Positions 59,951 to 64,000 of a stretch of DNA of 64,000 nt are shown here, one piece after another. Every line of letters begins with the position of its first letter. Within the stretch, counting starts at the first letter, position 1. This DNA comes from the human T2T-CHM13v2.0 reference genome, Homo sapiens. Location: NCBI RefSeq assembly GCF_009914755.1, contig NC_060930.1; one strand, 5' to 3'. The position numbers were made by a program, and so were the translations under genes. The notes under the pieces are model-generated. The model ran no database searches, was not told the DNA's origin, and saw nothing but the letters and a program-made list of their open reading frames with translations.

Positions 59951-61042
59951 TAAAAAATCGTGTTTCTAAGGAGGCCTAAAGTTTCATTTTATTAAGGTCT
60001 GTCAAGGATGTAAAGCATTAAATACTGCAATTATAATTATATTTGGTAATCATATTTGGTATTTTGCCCCCTACAAGGTTGACTGAGACTAAACTAGTCT
60101 TCCTAAGAGTGAGTACACCAAAAATTTAGGTAACAACCTGGTTACCTTAATTGCTGCTTAAAATTAGTTCTTAGGAAGTCACACTTCTCTAAAATTAAAT
60201 GAAGTTTTTTAAAAAGTAATATTCAGATTTTGGTTATAAGTATAAAGCTGTAAGTCGAGAATAAATCTGAAATTGGCATAATTTATGCTATGTCCAAAAG
60301 ATCCCAAATACAAGTTCCCAAAAAAGGAAATTAAAGTTTAGGAACATGACCTAAGTATAGTGCTTTCCCATTAAAGTTTGGAGCTTTTAAAATGCATTCT
60401 TCAATTCCAAAATAAGACTCTTTCAAAGGCACTTCTTTTTCAAATTTTATGGTGTGAAACACAAAATATATTCTTTAAAAAAAAAAGTACTTCTAGTGTT
60501 CTCAACCATTCTTTATATGTGTGTTGACAGTGTGTCCTCCGCTTTAAATCTTCAAGTATATTATCTGTACTCACTTTGGCTATCTATTTTCAGACCATCC
60601 AGTTTCAGATTTTGTTTGGAAATACTTCTCTGGACCATCACCCTACTCCCCAGAGTTTCTAATTCTAACTCATGACCTTGTTTCCTTCCTCCCTCTTCAA
60701 CCTGTTACAATTTCCTAAATACTTTGCACATTTACCTGTAAAAGCTACTGACTTCAAAAGGACTTTAAACATTATTCCAAAGTGCTAGTGGACATGGAAT
60801 ACAGGAGTGAACAGAAAGTGTTAGGAGGGGATGTAGATAATGAATCCTATGTGATAGGAAAGTGCAAGAAAGGAGTGAGAGTTGGAGTCTAAAGTTAATA
60901 CAAAAAAGGAAAAGTTCACACAGTTAAATTTATTCCTGAAATCTCTCAAAACGTCGGGTTCCTTGACAAATAACAAAATGTATTCTAACAACACAGTTTG
61001 TATTAATGAAATATAATTTTAGTAAATATTATTTGGAAATCA

Positions 61043-61372
61043 GGCCGGGTGCGGTGGCTCATCCCTGTAATCCCAGCACGTTGGGAGGCTGAGGCAGGCA
61101 GGTCACTTGAGGTCAGGAGTTTGAAACCAGCCTGGCCAACATGGTAAAGCCCTGTCTCTACTAGAAAAAAACAAAAATTAACTGGGTATGGTGGCACATG
61201 TCTGAAATCCCAGCTACTCAGGAGGCTGAGGCAGGAGAGTCCCTTGAACCTGGGAGGCAGAGCTTGCAATGAGCTGAGATCGTACCCACTGCACTCCAGC
61301 CTGGGCAACAGAGCAAGACTCTGTCTCAAGAAAAACAAACAAACAAACAAACAAACAAACAAAAAACACAAA
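61043..61372 (+). mobile_element. AluS with (CAAA)n tail
   Basis: ggccgggtgcggtggctc...ctgtctcaagaaaacaaacaaac. Confidence 0.93.
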
Positions 61373-61733
61373 AGCTATATAAGAGAAGCAGGGAAAATAA
61401 ACTGAGCTCATGAAATGACAGTTTGAGAAAGTAATATCATCAAATGACTCGAGGTAAGGCCATCACTCAAAGGAATTTCATTGGGATAATGTGAGTTAAA
61501 TAAATACAAAAGAAATAGGACATTATTCAAAACTGTTACTGTCATTTTTACCATTAAATGTAATTGTCATTAATCTCATAAATCTCCCCTATTGAATTCC
61601 CGATAACAAAGTAATTAGCTACATAGACATTTTATCAACTACGTAGGCAGACTGTAGTTTACAAGTACAAATATATTTTTGCGTAAAAGCATTGTTTTTG
61701 AGAATAAAATAAAGCCTTCAAAATTATGTAACT

Positions 61734-62028
61734 GCCTGGGTGTGGTGTCTCACGCCTGTAATCCCAGCACTTTGGGAGGCCACGGTAGGTGTATCACTTG
61801 AGGTTCAGAGTTGGAGACCAGCCTGGCCAACGTGGTGAAACCCTGTCTCTGCTAAAAATACAAAAATTAGCCAGGCATGGTGGTGCACGCCTGTAGTCCC
61901 AGCTACTCAGTAGGCTGAGGCAAGAAAATCACTTGAACCTGGGAGACAGAGGCTGCAGTGAGCCAAGATCATGCCACCTCCAGCCTGGACGACAGAGTAA
62001 TACCCTGTCAAAAAAAAAAAAAAAAAAA
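61734..62028 (+). mobile_element. AluS
   Basis: gcctgggtgtggtgtctcacgcctgtaatcccagc...ccctgtc followed by poly-A. Confidence 0.92.
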
Positions 62029-64000
62029 TCTCAGTTTTAAGACTGTGAGTTGAGGATAAAACCCATTTGTGTAATATGGCGTTTTAAAAGTAAGTACCAG
62101 AGTCTAAATCTATTGTCATCATTTAAATCCACCCAAGATTTGCCAAGAATTTCTGAAAAGAAAATCAAAAGCATTCTGGTAAACTTCTAACTAGTTCTGT
62201 ATGGATTATTCACGTTATAGATTGGCCATTACATAAGAAACAACTTCCCAAATCAGGACTCACATGGGGGCATTAGAAGCACAGTCTCTGCCCAAAGCAA
62301 CCAGACTACTTCCTTTCTTTCCATATAACTATATTTTTCATGGATAGTCTCTGTTTTCAAATTTCCACTTGTTTACCCTCGTTGGCACAGATCATAAAGA
62401 GTTGCCGCATGAGGGTGATTATAGGGTGCCAGAAGTTATATAACGCACACTCTGTTGTCTTTGAGGTAATAGCCTTAGGAGGCCACACCACTGCTATATT
62501 ATATTACAGGGTGGCTATTTCTTAACCTCTTTGGAATTGACTCAGAATCTCTTAATGAACTACATAGGAATTTTAGTCATTATTTGGCTTCTGGTCATGA
62601 ATAAAATTACCCCAAACCTGTTACCCACCTTACTCACTACTCTTGGCTTCTCATGACCTCATATTTGTTTCCGTAATCAGAATAATAGGAAACAATTCTA
62701 AACCAGGAGTTCTATAAACGGGTTCAGCTGTGGGAGTAAAATAGGAGTAATTTCATAGCTTCTCCGTATAATTGCACTGTATCTGTAAGAGTAGAAGACG
62801 TCAATCTTAAAAGATTTGAGGAGGTTATTTCCACACATTAAAAGGTAAAGTTAAATATCATTCATTTTTCAGAGGTAAATAATGATAAATAAAGAGAGAT
62901 ATACATCACGATATTAAAAAGGACTTTAATGTTATAATTTAAAAAGTCTCTAAACTTGTATTCATTTTAGTGGTGTATAAAAGGAAAATAACAACGAATA
63001 AATTTACATATTGATTTGTGGAGAAGTCACATCTTATCCCAAAATCATGACATTATCAATTAATCAATATCACTATCGTAAAACTGAATGACTTAAAAAT
63101 GAAAGAGCATTTAATATTTTTCGCCAAATTTAATAGGCTAAGTGGTTTACTTTAAACTCTGTTTTGAATCAATTTAGATTCGTAAGTTTGAATCTCATCT
63201 GTGCCTTTAAAAAATTATTTAATTTCTTTTTAAATGACTTAATGTATTGAAATTATACCTAATGGCTAATTTGTAATGAAATTATTCAAAATACTTACAA
63301 AATTTACTCTAAAGTGATCTGAAATACAGATTTATTTATTGAATGTTAACATGAAGTTTTGAGAAATATGTTAATAATGTACTAAAGTAAAATGCTAGTA
63401 TTTTATTATGAACGTTTACACTTAAAAACCTTGAGAGTGCATTATCATAAAATTCACAATAAAGTGTAAAGTCCAGTAAGAAACTTATTAAGTATATTCA
63501 TGATATAATGGTGAACTAACTCCTAGGGTTCCAACTAAATGTGCAATTAGTAGGTTATGGTTTCCATCTTTTACAATTACATGTTCCATTGTTTATAGAT
63601 ATACTACAATAAACATTCCTCAAATACTGGTCATGATAAATTAGCAAAGAAATCAATTGAACAACTTTTAAAAGATGTGTGCTACTATAACTTTAGCAAA
63701 TATTCATTAGGAAATAAATGAAATATTTTTTTTTTTCAAAGAAGATGTGAGAAACAGCTTCTGATAAGAAATGTCTGGTGTCTGCTGCTACTCTCCTACC
63801 ACTCTGTCCCCACATCTGTTTTCAGTTGCCTTTACAACAAATCTTTAGGCTAGCTCAGCTCAAAAATTGGATCTCATCAAGCAAGGGGAGTGGAATGGGC
63901 TTGATCTATTAAATTAAGGCAGCCACCAAAGATGACTTAAGCCTCACCTCTGTCTCTGCTCTAGAGTTAGGCACCATTAAGCCTCCTATTGTACTTGTGT

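Overview
Primate, very probably human, genomic DNA. It is AT-rich and dense in Alu, L1, L2, MIR, MER and LTR relics, and is centred on one large CpG island (~17.0-20.0 kb). The island holds the promoter and first coding exon of KCNQ5 (Kv7.5 voltage-gated K+ channel; + strand, CDS 18842-19239, donor GT|gtgagt). Everything after 19240 is the start of the long intron 1, and I see no second coding exon. Nearly all other ORFs in the track are Alu-, L1- or L2-derived, or are GC-shadow or chance ORFs. I found no convincing new protein-coding system. The most interesting signals are regulatory or mechanistic: (1) a tightly interlocked uORF1-stop/uORF2-start (TGATG) cassette wrapped around the KCNQ5 start codon, which could steer initiation between Met1 and Met36; (2) minus-strand splice signals that suggest a spliced divergent lncRNA; (3) AG|GT recursive-splice-like motifs in intron 1; (4) well-preserved retrotransposition and repair scars (a twin-primed inverted L1, an L1 nested in an L1 beside a templated-insertion scar, and a tailless Alu). 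Repeat subfamily calls and the boundaries of old elements were made by eye and are approximate.
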